A stretch of DNA of 62,237 bases from an uncultured Lachnospiraceae bacterium (GCA_910584115.1 CAJTYN010000002.1:1-62237); one strand, 5' to 3'. Positions 16,304 to 26,636 are shown, numbered from the stretch's first letter. A program made the numbers and translations. The notes: generated by a model from the sequence alone, not told the origin.

Positions 16304-17833
16304 CTGGCACAGGAAAAACATCTGTATATCGCGATCGATCTGAAATCATTTTATGCTTCTGTGGAATGTGTGGAGCGCGGACTGGATCCGCTGAAGACTA
16401 ATCTCGTGGTGGCCGATGCCAGCCGTACGGAGAAGACCATCTGCCTTGCGGTGTCGCCTTCCCTCAAAAAATACGGGATACCAGGGCGGCCGAGGCTGTT
16501 CGAGGTCATACAGAAGCTGCAGGAAGTGAATGCAAGACGCCGCCGCCAGGCTCCGGGCGGAGTGTTCGTGGGGGAGTCCTGGGATGCGGATGCGCTCAAA
16601 AGATCCGCGGGACTTTCTGTTTCTTATATCACAGCGCCCCCGCGGATGGCCCTTTATATCGATCACAGCACGAGGATCTATGATATTTATCTGAAATATG
16701 TGGCACCGGAGGATATCCATGTCTATTCCATTGACGAAGTGTTTATGGACGTGGCGGGTTATCTGGACATGTATGGGCTCACGGCCAGGGAACTGGCGGC
16801 GAAGATCATCAGGGAAGTGGTCCGGGAGACTGGCATCACGGCCACGGCGGGGATCGGGACGAACCTCTATCTGTGCAAGGTGGCTATGGACATCGTGGCA
16901 AAGCACATCCCGCCGGATGAGGACGGTGTACGGATCGCAGAGCTGGACGAGATGAGTTACCGCAAGCTCTTATGGGGCCATCGCCCGCTCACGGATTTCT
17001 GGCGTGTGGGCAGGGGGTACGCCCGGAAACTGGAGGAAAATGAGATCTACACCATGGGCGACGTGGCCCGATGTTCCATCGGAAAGCCTTCCGAGCATTA
17101 CAATGAAGAGCTGCTCTATAGATTATTCGGCGTCAATGCGGAGCTTTTGATCGATCATGCGTGGGGATGGGAACCCTGCACGATCGCTGAGGTGAAAGCC
17201 TATAAGCCGGAGAGCAGCAGCCTGGGATCCGGCCAGGTCCTCCCGTGTCCCTATGGATACGAGAAAGCCAGGCTGATCATCAGGGAGATGGCAGACTTCC
17301 TGGCCTTGGAGCTGGTGGAAAAGAAGCTGGTGGCGAGCCAGGTCGTTCTGACGGTCGGTTATGACAGAGAAAATCTCTCTGATGCAGGGCGGCGGAAGGC
17401 TTATAAGGGTCCGGTCACCACAGACCGCTACGGGCGCAGGATCCCCAAGCACGCCCATGGGACGATCAGTCTCAAGAGGCAGACGTCCTCAGCGCGGCAG
17501 ATCATCGAGGCAGCACTGGACCTGTATGACCGCATCGTGGATGAGACGCTCCTCATCAGGCGGATCACTATCACGGCGGAACATGTTGTCAGGGAGAGCC
17601 TGGCGGAAGAGGAGATCATCTACGAGCAGATGGATCTCTTTACCGACCATGCGGTAGCGCAGGAGCAAAGGGAGCAGGAGCAGGCGGCTCTGGAGAGGGA
17701 ACGGCGGCTGCAGGAGGCCGTGCTGGATATCAAAAAGAGATTTGGAAAAAACCTGATCCTGAAAGGGATGGATCTGGAAGAGGGAGCCATGTCCAGGGAC
17801 CGCAATGAACGGATCGGAGGTCATAGAGCGTAG
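16304..17833 (+). CDS. Y-family (UmuC/ImpB/UvrX-like) error-prone DNA polymerase
   Basis: YIAIDLKSFYASVEC, PPRMALY, YSIDEVFMD, TAGIGTNLYLCK and DFWRVGRG motifs. The probable start is CTG at 16304, because the catalytic motif lies upstream of the first GTG at 16361. Confidence 0.92.
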   Translation: MAQEKHLYIAIDLKSFYASVECVERGLDPLKTNLVVADASRTEKTICLAVSPSLKKYGIPGRPRLFEVIQKLQEVNARRRRQAPGGVFVGESWDADALKRSAGLSVSYITAPPRMALYIDHSTRIYDIYLKYVAPEDIHVYSIDEVFMDVAGYLDMYGLTARELAAKIIREVVRETGITATAGIGTNLYLCKVAMDIVAKHIPPDEDGVRIAELDEMSYRKLLWGHRPLTDFWRVGRGYARKLEENEIYTMGDVARCSIGKPSEHYNEELLYRLFGVNAELLIDHAWGWEPCTIAEVKAYKPESSSLGSGQVLPCPYGYEKARLIIREMADFLALELVEKKLVASQVVLTVGYDRENLSDAGRRKAYKGPVTTDRYGRRIPKHAHGTISLKRQTSSARQIIEAALDLYDRIVDETLLIRRITITAEHVVRESLAEEEIIYEQMDLFTDHAVAQEQREQEQAALERERRLQEAVLDIKKRFGKNLILKGMDLEEGAMSRDRNERIGGHRA

Positions 17834-18283
17834 ATGAGAGGAGAACATCACGATAGTCACGGAGATGATGGATGTGATGGATATGATGACATCATCGGTC
17901 TGCCCCATCATGTGTCCGCAGTCCACCCGCATATGTCCCGGATCGACCGGGCGGCACAGTTTGCACCTTTTTCGGCCCTGTCCGGATTTGGGGCGGCGAT
18001 CCGGGAGACCGGACGCGTGACCGAGGAGGAGGCGGAGCTGAGCGAAGACGCCAGAGATCTTTTGGATGAAGAGCTGCGGATGATCCAGGAGCGGGCTGCA
18101 GGCTGTCCGGATGTGGTAATCACATATTTTAAGCCGGATGAGCGAAAAGAAGGCGGGGCCTATACTACAGTCTCGGGGCGCATAAAAAAGATCGACACCT
18201 GCGGCCGGATCCTCGTTATGGAGGACGGGACGAAGATCCCTTTTGATGCGGTCGCAGGGATCGAGAGGGGCAAAGGAGAGTAG
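17834..18283 (+). CDS. YolD-like protein (accessory partner of Firmicute Y-family polymerases)
   Basis: YDDIIGLPHH, MSRIDRAAQFAPFSALSG and ITYFKPDERKEGGAY; abuts the polymerase stop (TAGATG). Confidence 0.85.
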   Translation: MRGEHHDSHGDDGCDGYDDIIGLPHHVSAVHPHMSRIDRAAQFAPFSALSGFGAAIRETGRVTEEEAELSEDARDLLDEELRMIQERAAGCPDVVITYFKPDERKEGGAYTTVSGRIKKIDTCGRILVMEDGTKIPFDAVAGIERGKGE

Positions 18284-18285
18284 GA

Positions 18286-19032
18286 TCATACCCGTTTGAG
18301 ACGGAACCAGTAAGGGTAGAGATCCTGGAATCCCAGGCTATCGTAGAGGGTCTTTGCGGATATATTGTCCGGAACCACCTGCAGATAGGCGTGGCGGGCG
18401 CCCTGACGGATCCCTTCCTGCAGGATGCGGATGCAGATGGAACGCGCCAGATGCCGGCGGCGGTGATAGGGATCCACATGGATAGCGTACAGTCCGATGT
18501 GGTCCCGGTCCAGGATCCCCAGGCCGATGGCCGCGATCTTGTTGTCCCGCACGACGGAGGCGGCGATCGTATCCTTTGGGATGGCTGCGTACATGGTGGG
18601 GACGATCTTGCGGTGGATCCGGCTGGTGGTCCCTTTTAATGAGAACAGGGCGTCCAGCCATTCCCAGCTGATATCTTTTTCCAGATCCACACGGGTGTCC
18701 GGTTCCAGGGAAAAGCCTGTGAGATCTTGGACCTTGACTTCTGTGGGATGGGCGACCTGGTACCCGCGTTCTGCCAGGAGGCTGTCAAAGGCAGGGTCTA
18801 TCAGGGGCGTGATCTTGAAGATACAGGGCGTACCCCAGCGGTTGTAGATATTTTCACAGTAGGGGATCTTCTCATCCAGCGGGATGGTGGACGGCCCGAT
18901 CTGTTCTACGGAGTTGGTGCGGTGCGTATAAAAATAAGAAAAACGAAGGAGCCAGCCGTCGTAGATCTGGAGCTGGTGGGAGGGCCAGGCATTTAGGGAA
19001 AGGTCTTCGATAGTTTTGATGTAAGACTGCAT
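18286..19032 (-). CDS. GNAT family acetyltransferase
   Basis: LNAWP, DGWLLR, HRRRHLARSI, AYLQV and TLYDSLGF motifs. Confidence 0.88.
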   Translation of the reverse strand: MQSYIKTIEDLSLNAWPSHQLQIYDGWLLRFSYFYTHRTNSVEQIGPSTIPLDEKIPYCENIYNRWGTPCIFKITPLIDPAFDSLLAERGYQVAHPTEVKVQDLTGFSLEPDTRVDLEKDISWEWLDALFSLKGTTSRIHRKIVPTMYAAIPKDTIAASVVRDNKIAAIGLGILDRDHIGLYAIHVDPYHRRRHLARSICIRILQEGIRQGARHAYLQVVPDNISAKTLYDSLGFQDLYPYWFRLKRV

Positions 19033-19107
19033 GATATGTAACCTCCGGCGATCTTTTTCTTATTGATTATACATATAAAATGTTCGGAATACAAGACGGA
19101 GAAGGAT

Positions 19108-20460
19108 ATGGATAGAGATCTGACGACGGGAAATGTGGCAAAGACGATGCTCTTATTTGCGGGGCCGATGATCATGGGAAATCTCCTGCAGCAATTTTAT
19201 AATATCGCGGATACGCTGATCGTGGGGAGATTTCTGGGGGCGGAAGCCATGGCGGCCGTGGGGACGGCCTATACGCTCATGACGTTCCTTACGTCTATCC
19301 TCATCGGCCTGTGCATGGGCAGCGGGTCGGTCTTTTCCTTTTATTATGGGAAGAGGGATCTTGTAAAGATGCAGAGGTGTATGCGGACGGCATTCTGGAT
19401 GGTCGGTGGGATCGCGGCGGCAGTGGAGGCTCTGGCTTTTATCCTGACAGATCCGATCCTGGTCCTGCTGAAGATCCCGGAAGAGATCCTGGCACAGATG
19501 CGCATGTATGTATCGATCATCTTTGGGGGCATCTTCTTTATCTTTTTGTATAATTATTTTGCCTATCTGCTACGGGCGCTGGGCAATTCGGTGATCCCGC
19601 TGTATTTTCTGGGTGCCACTTCGATCCTCAATGTGGTGCTGGATCTGTTGTTCGTGGTCGGCTTTCACTGGGGGATCCAGGGGGCGGCTGCCGCAACGGT
19701 CTTCTCCCAGGTGCTCTCAGGTGTGGGGATCGGGATCTATACATGGAAAAAAGAACCGCTGCCCAGAGACGCGTGGCATCTGGGAGTCGGGGCGCCGGAG
19801 GAACAGCGCAAAACGCGCAGGGAGATCGTCCGGTTTTCTTTCGCGGCATCCATCCAGCAGTCGGTGATGAATTTCGGGATCCTGATGGTCCAGGGGCTGG
19901 TGAACAGTTTCGGCGTGGCCGTCATGGCGGCATTTACGGCGGCGGTCAAGATCGATTCCTTTGCCTATATGCCCGCTCAGGAATTTGGGAATGCCTTCTC
20001 CCTCTATGTGTCCCAGAATTACGGCGCCGGGAAGATGGAACGGGTGCGTCAGGGTGCCGCCCGTGCCATGGCGATCTCCATCACATTCTGTCTGGCTGTG
20101 TCAGCGCTGGTCTTTTTCCTGGCAAGATATCTGATGCTGTTTTTTGTCGCGCCGTCCCAGACGGAGATCATCCAGATCGGGGTAGGGTATCTGCGGGTGG
20201 AAGGCGTGTTTTACTGCGGGATCGGGATCTTGTTCCTGCTGTATGCGTTCTACAGGGGGATCAACAGGCCGGAGATGTCCCTGGTGCTGACCGTGATCTC
20301 ACTGGGGATCCGGGTGGCTCTTGCCTATCTGCTGGCGCCGATGCCTGGGATCGGGGTATGGGGGATCTGGTGGGCGATACCGATCGGATGGTTTTTGGCC
20401 GATGTCACGGGGATCATCTATCTGGTACATATATCCGGTAAGTCTGAAAGTATAAAATAA
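19108..20460 (+). CDS. MATE family efflux transporter
   Basis: DLTTG, GNLLQQFYNIADT, RALGNS, NVVLDLLFV and GIWWAIPIGW; ATG 19108. Confidence 0.93.
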   Translation: MDRDLTTGNVAKTMLLFAGPMIMGNLLQQFYNIADTLIVGRFLGAEAMAAVGTAYTLMTFLTSILIGLCMGSGSVFSFYYGKRDLVKMQRCMRTAFWMVGGIAAAVEALAFILTDPILVLLKIPEEILAQMRMYVSIIFGGIFFIFLYNYFAYLLRALGNSVIPLYFLGATSILNVVLDLLFVVGFHWGIQGAAAATVFSQVLSGVGIGIYTWKKEPLPRDAWHLGVGAPEEQRKTRREIVRFSFAASIQQSVMNFGILMVQGLVNSFGVAVMAAFTAAVKIDSFAYMPAQEFGNAFSLYVSQNYGAGKMERVRQGAARAMAISITFCLAVSALVFFLARYLMLFFVAPSQTEIIQIGVGYLRVEGVFYCGIGILFLLYAFYRGINRPEMSLVLTVISLGIRVALAYLLAPMPGIGVWGIWWAIPIGWFLADVTGIIYLVHISGKSESIK

Positions 20461-20511
20461 ACCTTTATGCGCCTGGCGGCGGATCTTCAAAGTAAAGAAA
20501 AGAGGACATTT

Positions 20512-21072
20512 ATGGGTATTCAATTGGTCGATATGAGAGAGGCGAAAGTCAGGGAGCCGTTCATCGCATTATATGAGACGGCATTTCCCAGTGAGGAGCG
20601 GAAACCTTTTGGCTTTATGGAAGGCTTGGTCCGGCGGGGGAAGATGGAGATGCTGGCGGTCATGGATGAGGGGCGTTTCGTGGGGCTGGCGGTCACTCTT
20701 TTAGGGGAGGAGGCCGTGCTCTTGGATTATCTCGCCATCGCTCCCGCATGCAGGGACTGTGGCTATGGCGGAGCGGCCTTGGGGCTCTTGAAGGGACGCT
20801 ATGGCGGGCGGCGGCTGATCCTGGAGATCGAGGTGGAGGATCCGCAGGCGGAGAATGCCCGGGAGCGGGTGAGGAGAAAGGCGTTCTATATGAGGAATCA
20901 TATGAAAGAGACCGGTGTCTATGCCCATGTCTATCACACGGACTTTGAGTTGTTGTCTGTGGATGGGAGATCGGATTTTGAGGAATATGTGCAGGTGATG
21001 GAACAGACGATGGGAGCAGACTTTATCGAGAGATTAAAGCCCAGGCAGATCTTTCAAGATCCGGGGAGATAG
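20512..21072 (+). CDS. GNAT family acetyltransferase
   Basis: LYETAFPSEERKP, LDYLAI, RDCGYG, LEIE and RRKAFY motifs. Confidence 0.85.
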   Translation: MGIQLVDMREAKVREPFIALYETAFPSEERKPFGFMEGLVRRGKMEMLAVMDEGRFVGLAVTLLGEEAVLLDYLAIAPACRDCGYGGAALGLLKGRYGGRRLILEIEVEDPQAENARERVRRKAFYMRNHMKETGVYAHVYHTDFELLSVDGRSDFEEYVQVMEQTMGADFIERLKPRQIFQDPGR

Positions 21073-21081
21073 GAGGAGAAG

Positions 21082-24000
21082 ATGATCGCACGTTTTAGCG
21101 TAAAAAAGCCGTATACGGTAGTGGTGGCGGTGGTCCTGGTCCTGATCTTGGGCAGTGTCTCCTTTACGAAGATGAACACGGACCTGCTGCCCAGCATCGA
21201 TCTGCCCTATGCCATCGTGATGACTACATACCAGGGGGCGAGTCCGGAAACGGTGGAGATGGTCGTGACGAAGCCCATTGAGCAGTCCATGGCCACCGTG
21301 GCCAGCATCGAGAATGTCAGTTCCATCTCCCAGGAAAATATCTCCCTGGTGATCCTGGAATTTGAGGAGACAGCCAACATGGATTCGGCTACGATCGAGA
21401 TGCGTGAGAACCTGGATCAGATCAGTTCTTACTGGGACGATACTGTGGGGAGATCCATCATCATGAAGCTGAATCCGGATATGATGCCGGTAATGGTGGC
21501 GGCCGTGGAAGTGGACGGGATGGAAGACACAGAGGTGACAGATTTCGTGACCAGCCATGTGGAGTCGGAGCTTGAGAGCATCGCGGGCGTGGCCAGCGTG
21601 ACCACCACGGGCACGGTGACGGAGGATGTGGATGTGCTCATCCGGGAAGACAAGGTGGCGGCCGTAAACCAGAAGGTCAAAAATGCCCTGTACGGGACTT
21701 TTTCTGAGAAAGAGCAGGAACTCGATGATGCTCAGGATGAGCTGGAGGCGAACCGGGCGGATCTGGAATCTGGAAGAGCGGATCTGGAAGCCGGGAAACA
21801 GCAGGCGGCCGAGCAGATCGGGGGAGGGGCTGCTCAGTTAAATGATGTCCAGGTCCAGCTGATCGAAGGAAAACAGGAGATCGAGAAAAATCTGAAGCTC
21901 CTGGAAGAAAAGCAAGGGGAATTGGACAGCAGCCGGGAAGCCCTCTATACCAGCGAGGCCGAGGCAGAGAAAGGGCTGGAGCAGCTTAAGCAGGCTAAGT
22001 CTGCCCTGGAACAGCTTCCTGCCGCTATCAAAGGCATGAAAGAGAAGCGGGCAGAATTGGAGCAGAAGCTCGCAGAAGCAGACGAAGCACTGACTGCGCT
22101 TGAGGCAGCTCTCCAGATGATGCCCGAGGATCCAGAGCTGAAAGAGAAGGAAGCCACACTGCGCAGCGGCCATGGACTGATAGAGAAAGGGATCAGTGAA
22201 CTGGATCAAAAGCTCACGGAGACACAGACAGCCCTGGATGCGCTGTTGGATCCATTGGGGGTGAAAACGCCCCAGGAGGGGCTCAAGGCTGTAAAGGCCC
22301 AGATACAGGAAGTGGAAAAAGGGCTTGTGCAGATCGCAGTCGGGAAGGAGAAGCTGGAAGAAGGGCAGGCCCAGTTAGACGCAGGCAGAGCGCAGCTTGA
22401 GGCGGCCCGGCAGCAGTTGGAGGAGGGGCAGAGAGGGGTCTCATCCGGGATCGCTCAGTTGAATACCCAGCAGATCCTGGCCTCTGTGGAGATGAGCATC
22501 GCCCAGTCGAAGCTAGATACGGGAATGTCTCAGATAGAGTCTGCCCAGCAGCAGGTGGACAGCGGGCGGGAACAGTTGGAAGACGCCCGCGAAGAAGCTC
22601 TGGAAAAGAGCAGGCTGGATAAGATCCTCACAGTGGATATGATCAAAGGGATCCTGGCGGCGGAAAACTTCTCCATGCCTGCGGGCTACGTGGGGGAGGA
22701 CAGTGAGAAATACCTGGTGCGCGTGGGGGATAAGCTGCAGGATGTAAAAAGCCTCCAGGAACTGGTGATCCTAGATATGGATCTGGATAACCTGGCACCC
22801 ATCTGTCTGGCGGAAGTGGCGGAAGTGGCCGTTCACAACGATTCCAGTGAGATCTACGCGAACCTGAACGGAAATCCCGGCGTCATGATCTCGATCGAGA
22901 AGCAGACCGGCTATTCCACCGGTGATGTGACAGACCGGATCTTGGAGCGGTTTGAAGAGCTGAAAGATACATACGGCCAGCTGGGTGTCTCTGTGCTGAT
23001 GGATCAGGGGATCTACATCGATCTGGTGGTGGATTCTGTCCTGCAGAATATGATATCTGGGGCCATACTGGCGGTCTTGATCTTGTGGCTGTTTTTGAAA
23101 AATATCCGGCCCACGTTCGTGATCGCCTGTTCGATCCCGATCAGTGTGGTGACGGCGCTGGTCCTGATGTATTTCAGCGGGGTGACACTCAACATCATCT
23201 CCCTCTCCGGCTTGGCACTGGGGATCGGGATGCTGGTGGATAACTCCATCGTGGTCATTGAAAATATCTATCGTATGCGCGGGGAAGGCGTGCCGGCGAA
23301 AAAAGCGGCTGTAGCGGGGGCTTCTCAGGTTGCCGGCGCGATCAGTGCGTCCACGCTGACGACCGTCTGCGTGTTCGCTCCGATCGTATTTACGGAAGGA
23401 CTGACCCGTCAGTTATTTGTGGATATGGGTCTGACGATCGCCTATTCTCTGCTGGCAAGCCTGGCGGTGGCGCTGACATTGGTGCCCATGATGTCTGCGG
23501 GACTTTTGCAGAAGGTCCAGGCAAAGCCGGCGCGATCCCTGACGAGACTCCAGGGAGCTTATGCAAAGACCCTGCGTCTGGCTCTGCGGCTGAAATATCT
23601 TGTCCTGGCGCTGAGCGTTGTCCTGCTGATGGTCAGTATGGCGGCCGCTTTCTCAAAAGGAACGGCTTTTATGCCTGAGATGGAGAGCACGCAGGTGAGT
23701 GTGACGATCAGTGTAGAGCGGGAGAAGGATTTTGAGGATCTGACGAACGCGGCCGACCGGGTGATCGAGTGCATAGAAGACATCCCGGATATCGACTCGA
23801 TCGGCGCCATGGCAGGCGGCAGCATGATGTCCACCGTGATGGGCGGAGGCACCCAGGACACCGTGTCCATGTATCTGGTGCTGAGAGAAGACCGTCAGTG
23901 GGGAAATGAGAAGCTGGAACGGGAGATCCGAAAACGGACAGAGGACATCGACTGCCAGGTAGACATACAGACATCCAGCATGGATATGAGTGCGCTCGGG

Positions 24001-25173
24001 AGCAGCGGGATCCAGGTACAGATCAAAGGGCAGGATCTTGACAGACTGCAGGAACTCACCGCAAAGGCAGCGGCCATCGTGGAAAAAGTCCCTGGGGTCA
24101 CCAATGTCTCCGACGGGATGGAAGAGACAGATAAAGAGCTGCGCGTAGTGGTCGATAAAGGAAAAGCGATGGGTCACGGGCTGACAGTGGCGCAGGTCTT
24201 CCAGGAGATCCAGAAACATCTGGCGGAAGCCTCATCCGCCACGACGCTGTCCACAGAGGAAAAAGATTACGAGGTCTATGTGAGAGCGGATACAGACGAG
24301 GAGCTGACAAAAGAGGACCTGGAAAAGATGAAGCTGGAGTACACGGATGCACAGGACGAGGAACAGCAGGTGTATCTCAGGGACATCGCGGCTTTCCAGG
24401 AAGCGGTGACGCCCCAGTCCATCCAGCGGGATGCCCAGTCCCGCTATATGTCCATGACGGCGGAGCTGGATACAGGATACAACATCGGTCTCGTGAGCAG
24501 AGATGTGGAGGAGGCTCTGGAGGATCTCCGGCTGCCCAAGGGATATACGATGGAGATGCAGGGGGAAAATGAGACGATACAGGATGCTATGGGGCAGCTC
24601 ATGCTGATGCTCGCCCTTGCCGTGGTCTTCATGTATCTGATCATGGTGGCCCAATTTCAGTCGCTGCTGTCTCCGTTCATCGTCATGTTCACCATCCCAC
24701 TGGCGTTTACGGGCGGATTTTTCGCCTTGTACCTGACCGGGAATGAGATCAGCGTGATCGCGATGATCGGGTTTGTCATGCTGGCGGGGATCATCGTAAA
24801 CAACGGGATCGTGCTGGTGGACTATATGAATCAGCTCCGAATGGAAGGGATGGAGAAGAGAGAAGCGATCGTCCAGGCCGGCAAGTCCAGGCTGCGCCCG
24901 GTCATCATGACGGCCCTGACTACGATCTTAGGTCTTTCCACCATGGCATTGGGGATGGGCATGGGTGCGGATATGGTGCAGCCCATGGCGATCGTTACGA
25001 TCGGAGGGCTTTTGTACGGGACGCTCCTGACACTGTATGTGGTGCCGTGCATCTATGACATCCTGAACAGAAAAGATCATAAGAAAGATGAGATGCGCCT
25101 AGAAGAAACGGCCGGGGACGCTGCTGCACCCCAGCCGGTGGGAGAGGATCCCATGGAAGAGGATCTAGGATAA
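21082..25173 (+). CDS. RND (AcrB/AcrD/AcrF, SwrC-like) transporter with long coiled-coil insertion
   Basis: DLLPSIDLP, GASPETVE, GMLVDNSIVVIENIYR, GIIVNNGIVLVD and RLRPVIMT motifs; heptad-rich insert at about residues 200-510. Confidence 0.92.
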   Translation: MIARFSVKKPYTVVVAVVLVLILGSVSFTKMNTDLLPSIDLPYAIVMTTYQGASPETVEMVVTKPIEQSMATVASIENVSSISQENISLVILEFEETANMDSATIEMRENLDQISSYWDDTVGRSIIMKLNPDMMPVMVAAVEVDGMEDTEVTDFVTSHVESELESIAGVASVTTTGTVTEDVDVLIREDKVAAVNQKVKNALYGTFSEKEQELDDAQDELEANRADLESGRADLEAGKQQAAEQIGGGAAQLNDVQVQLIEGKQEIEKNLKLLEEKQGELDSSREALYTSEAEAEKGLEQLKQAKSALEQLPAAIKGMKEKRAELEQKLAEADEALTALEAALQMMPEDPELKEKEATLRSGHGLIEKGISELDQKLTETQTALDALLDPLGVKTPQEGLKAVKAQIQEVEKGLVQIAVGKEKLEEGQAQLDAGRAQLEAARQQLEEGQRGVSSGIAQLNTQQILASVEMSIAQSKLDTGMSQIESAQQQVDSGREQLEDAREEALEKSRLDKILTVDMIKGILAAENFSMPAGYVGEDSEKYLVRVGDKLQDVKSLQELVILDMDLDNLAPICLAEVAEVAVHNDSSEIYANLNGNPGVMISIEKQTGYSTGDVTDRILERFEELKDTYGQLGVSVLMDQGIYIDLVVDSVLQNMISGAILAVLILWLFLKNIRPTFVIACSIPISVVTALVLMYFSGVTLNIISLSGLALGIGMLVDNSIVVIENIYRMRGEGVPAKKAAVAGASQVAGAISASTLTTVCVFAPIVFTEGLTRQLFVDMGLTIAYSLLASLAVALTLVPMMSAGLLQKVQAKPARSLTRLQGAYAKTLRLALRLKYLVLALSVVLLMVSMAAAFSKGTAFMPEMESTQVSVTISVEREKDFEDLTNAADRVIECIEDIPDIDSIGAMAGGSMMSTVMGGGTQDTVSMYLVLREDRQWGNEKLEREIRKRTEDIDCQVDIQTSSMDMSALGSSGIQVQIKGQDLDRLQELTAKAAAIVEKVPGVTNVSDGMEETDKELRVVVDKGKAMGHGLTVAQVFQEIQKHLAEASSATTLSTEEKDYEVYVRADTDEELTKEDLEKMKLEYTDAQDEEQQVYLRDIAAFQEAVTPQSIQRDAQSRYMSMTAELDTGYNIGLVSRDVEEALEDLRLPKGYTMEMQGENETIQDAMGQLMLMLALAVVFMYLIMVAQFQSLLSPFIVMFTIPLAFTGGFFALYLTGNEISVIAMIGFVMLAGIIVNNGIVLVDYMNQLRMEGMEKREAIVQAGKSRLRPVIMTALTTILGLSTMALGMGMGADMVQPMAIVTIGGLLYGTLLTLYVVPCIYDILNRKDHKKDEMRLEETAGDAAAPQPVGEDPMEEDLG

Positions 25174-26463
25174 ATGCAAGATCCTCCGTTTGGCGAAGGT
25201 CATGTCGATGGGGGCCGGGAGGATGTCCACGGCTCCCCGCTCTATAGCGGCGGCGTACTGCGCCATATCTCCTTCCCGGCAGATGGCGATGAAAGGGACA
25301 TCCTGCAGCCAGTCGATATCCAACGCTTGTTCCAGCAGAGCATCCCCATTGTCGGATCCTGTGGAGATGTCTATGTAAAACAGGTGGATCTTTCCGGAAA
25401 ATTCTTTTTTAAAATACTGTGCTTCCTTTGGGGAAAAAATGGTGAGCAGCCGGGTCTTTTCATTGGCTTTACTGAGCAGGCTGCGCACATCGCGGCTGCT
25501 GCTCAACAAAAGAGAGACCAGGATCTCAGGGCTCGTCATGTCTGGAGCCTTCTCGATCCCGTATTCGGTATACTGGCCTTTTCCATTGCGTTTGGCATTA
25601 TAAAGGGCCTCGTCTGCCTGTCGGAACAGCGTTTCATATGTGCTGGGGCAGGGCTGGGAGATGGCCATACCGATGCTGACCGTGACGTTGGCGGGCGCAG
25701 TCAGGTCGGGCTTGTATCTAAAAAGGTTGGAAAAATCCTCCACTTTCTGCCTGGCCAGCTCCTTTGAGGGCAGGTTCAGCATGAAAACGAGAAACTCATC
25801 GCCCCCGATCCGTCCGATAACGTCTGTTTTTCTGAAATATCTGGATAAAAGATCCGCCACGGTGCAGATGACCTGGTCGCCGATCAGGTGGCCGTGGACA
25901 TCGTTGACCTGTTTAAAATCGTCGATATCGATGATCAGCATCGCGCAGATGAGATCATTTGTGGCCAGCAGGTTGGAGATCAGGTGTTCTGTCGTGACTT
26001 TGTTGTAGATCCCTGTCATAAGATCCCGTTCCGCTTTTATACGGAAAGTCTCCCGTTCCCGGACGACTTCTTCGATCTGGTGCGTGGAGAGTACGTTGTC
26101 GATCCGGTAGCGGATGATCTCCTCGATGAACGGTTTTGTGATATAGTCTGTGGCGCCTAACCGGAAAGTCTCCATCAGGCTCCTGGTGTCGTCGTTTATG
26201 GTGATCACGACCACCGGGATGCTGCTGAATACAGGATCCGTATGCCTGGCCTGCAGTACGTCTATCCCTGAGGCCACCGGCATCTGAATATCCAAAAGGA
26301 CGATCCGGATCTCGCTGCCGTATTGTCGGATCAGATCCATGCATTCTTTTCCGTTTGTCGCTTCTAATATGTCAAAATCATCTTCAAATATCTCTCTTAA
26401 GATGTCCCTGTCGATATCAAGGTCATCTGCGATCAGCATCTTGTATTTCTCGTGCATGCCCAT
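25165..26463 (-). CDS. Response-regulator diguanylate cyclase (REC-GGDEF plus degenerate REC-like C-terminus)
   Basis: IADD, LLDIQMP and ITKPF receiver motifs; DIDDFKQVND, RKTD I-site, intact GGDEF and ADEALYNAK. Confidence 0.9.
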   Translation of the reverse strand: MGMHEKYKMLIADDLDIDRDILREIFEDDFDILEATNGKECMDLIRQYGSEIRIVLLDIQMPVASGIDVLQARHTDPVFSSIPVVVITINDDTRSLMETFRLGATDYITKPFIEEIIRYRIDNVLSTHQIEEVVRERETFRIKAERDLMTGIYNKVTTEHLISNLLATNDLICAMLIIDIDDFKQVNDVHGHLIGDQVICTVADLLSRYFRKTDVIGRIGGDEFLVFMLNLPSKELARQKVEDFSNLFRYKPDLTAPANVTVSIGMAISQPCPSTYETLFRQADEALYNAKRNGKGQYTEYGIEKAPDMTSPEILVSLLLSSSRDVRSLLSKANEKTRLLTIFSPKEAQYFKKEFSGKIHLFYIDISTGSDNGDALLEQALDIDWLQDVPFIAICREGDMAQYAAAIERGAVDILPAPIDMTFAKRRILHLS

Positions 26464-26636
26464 ATCCCCTCATTGTTCATGTGCTTGATAGTCTTATATC
26501 CATTATACATAAAAAAACGGATCCAGTAAAGGAGATTTCAACAGTTGTGGATCTTGCAGGGGATGTGTTATAATATGCGGTGATCATAAAATCTGAGGAT
26601 CTGTATTGATAAGGAACGAGAAGGAGGAAAACAAAG

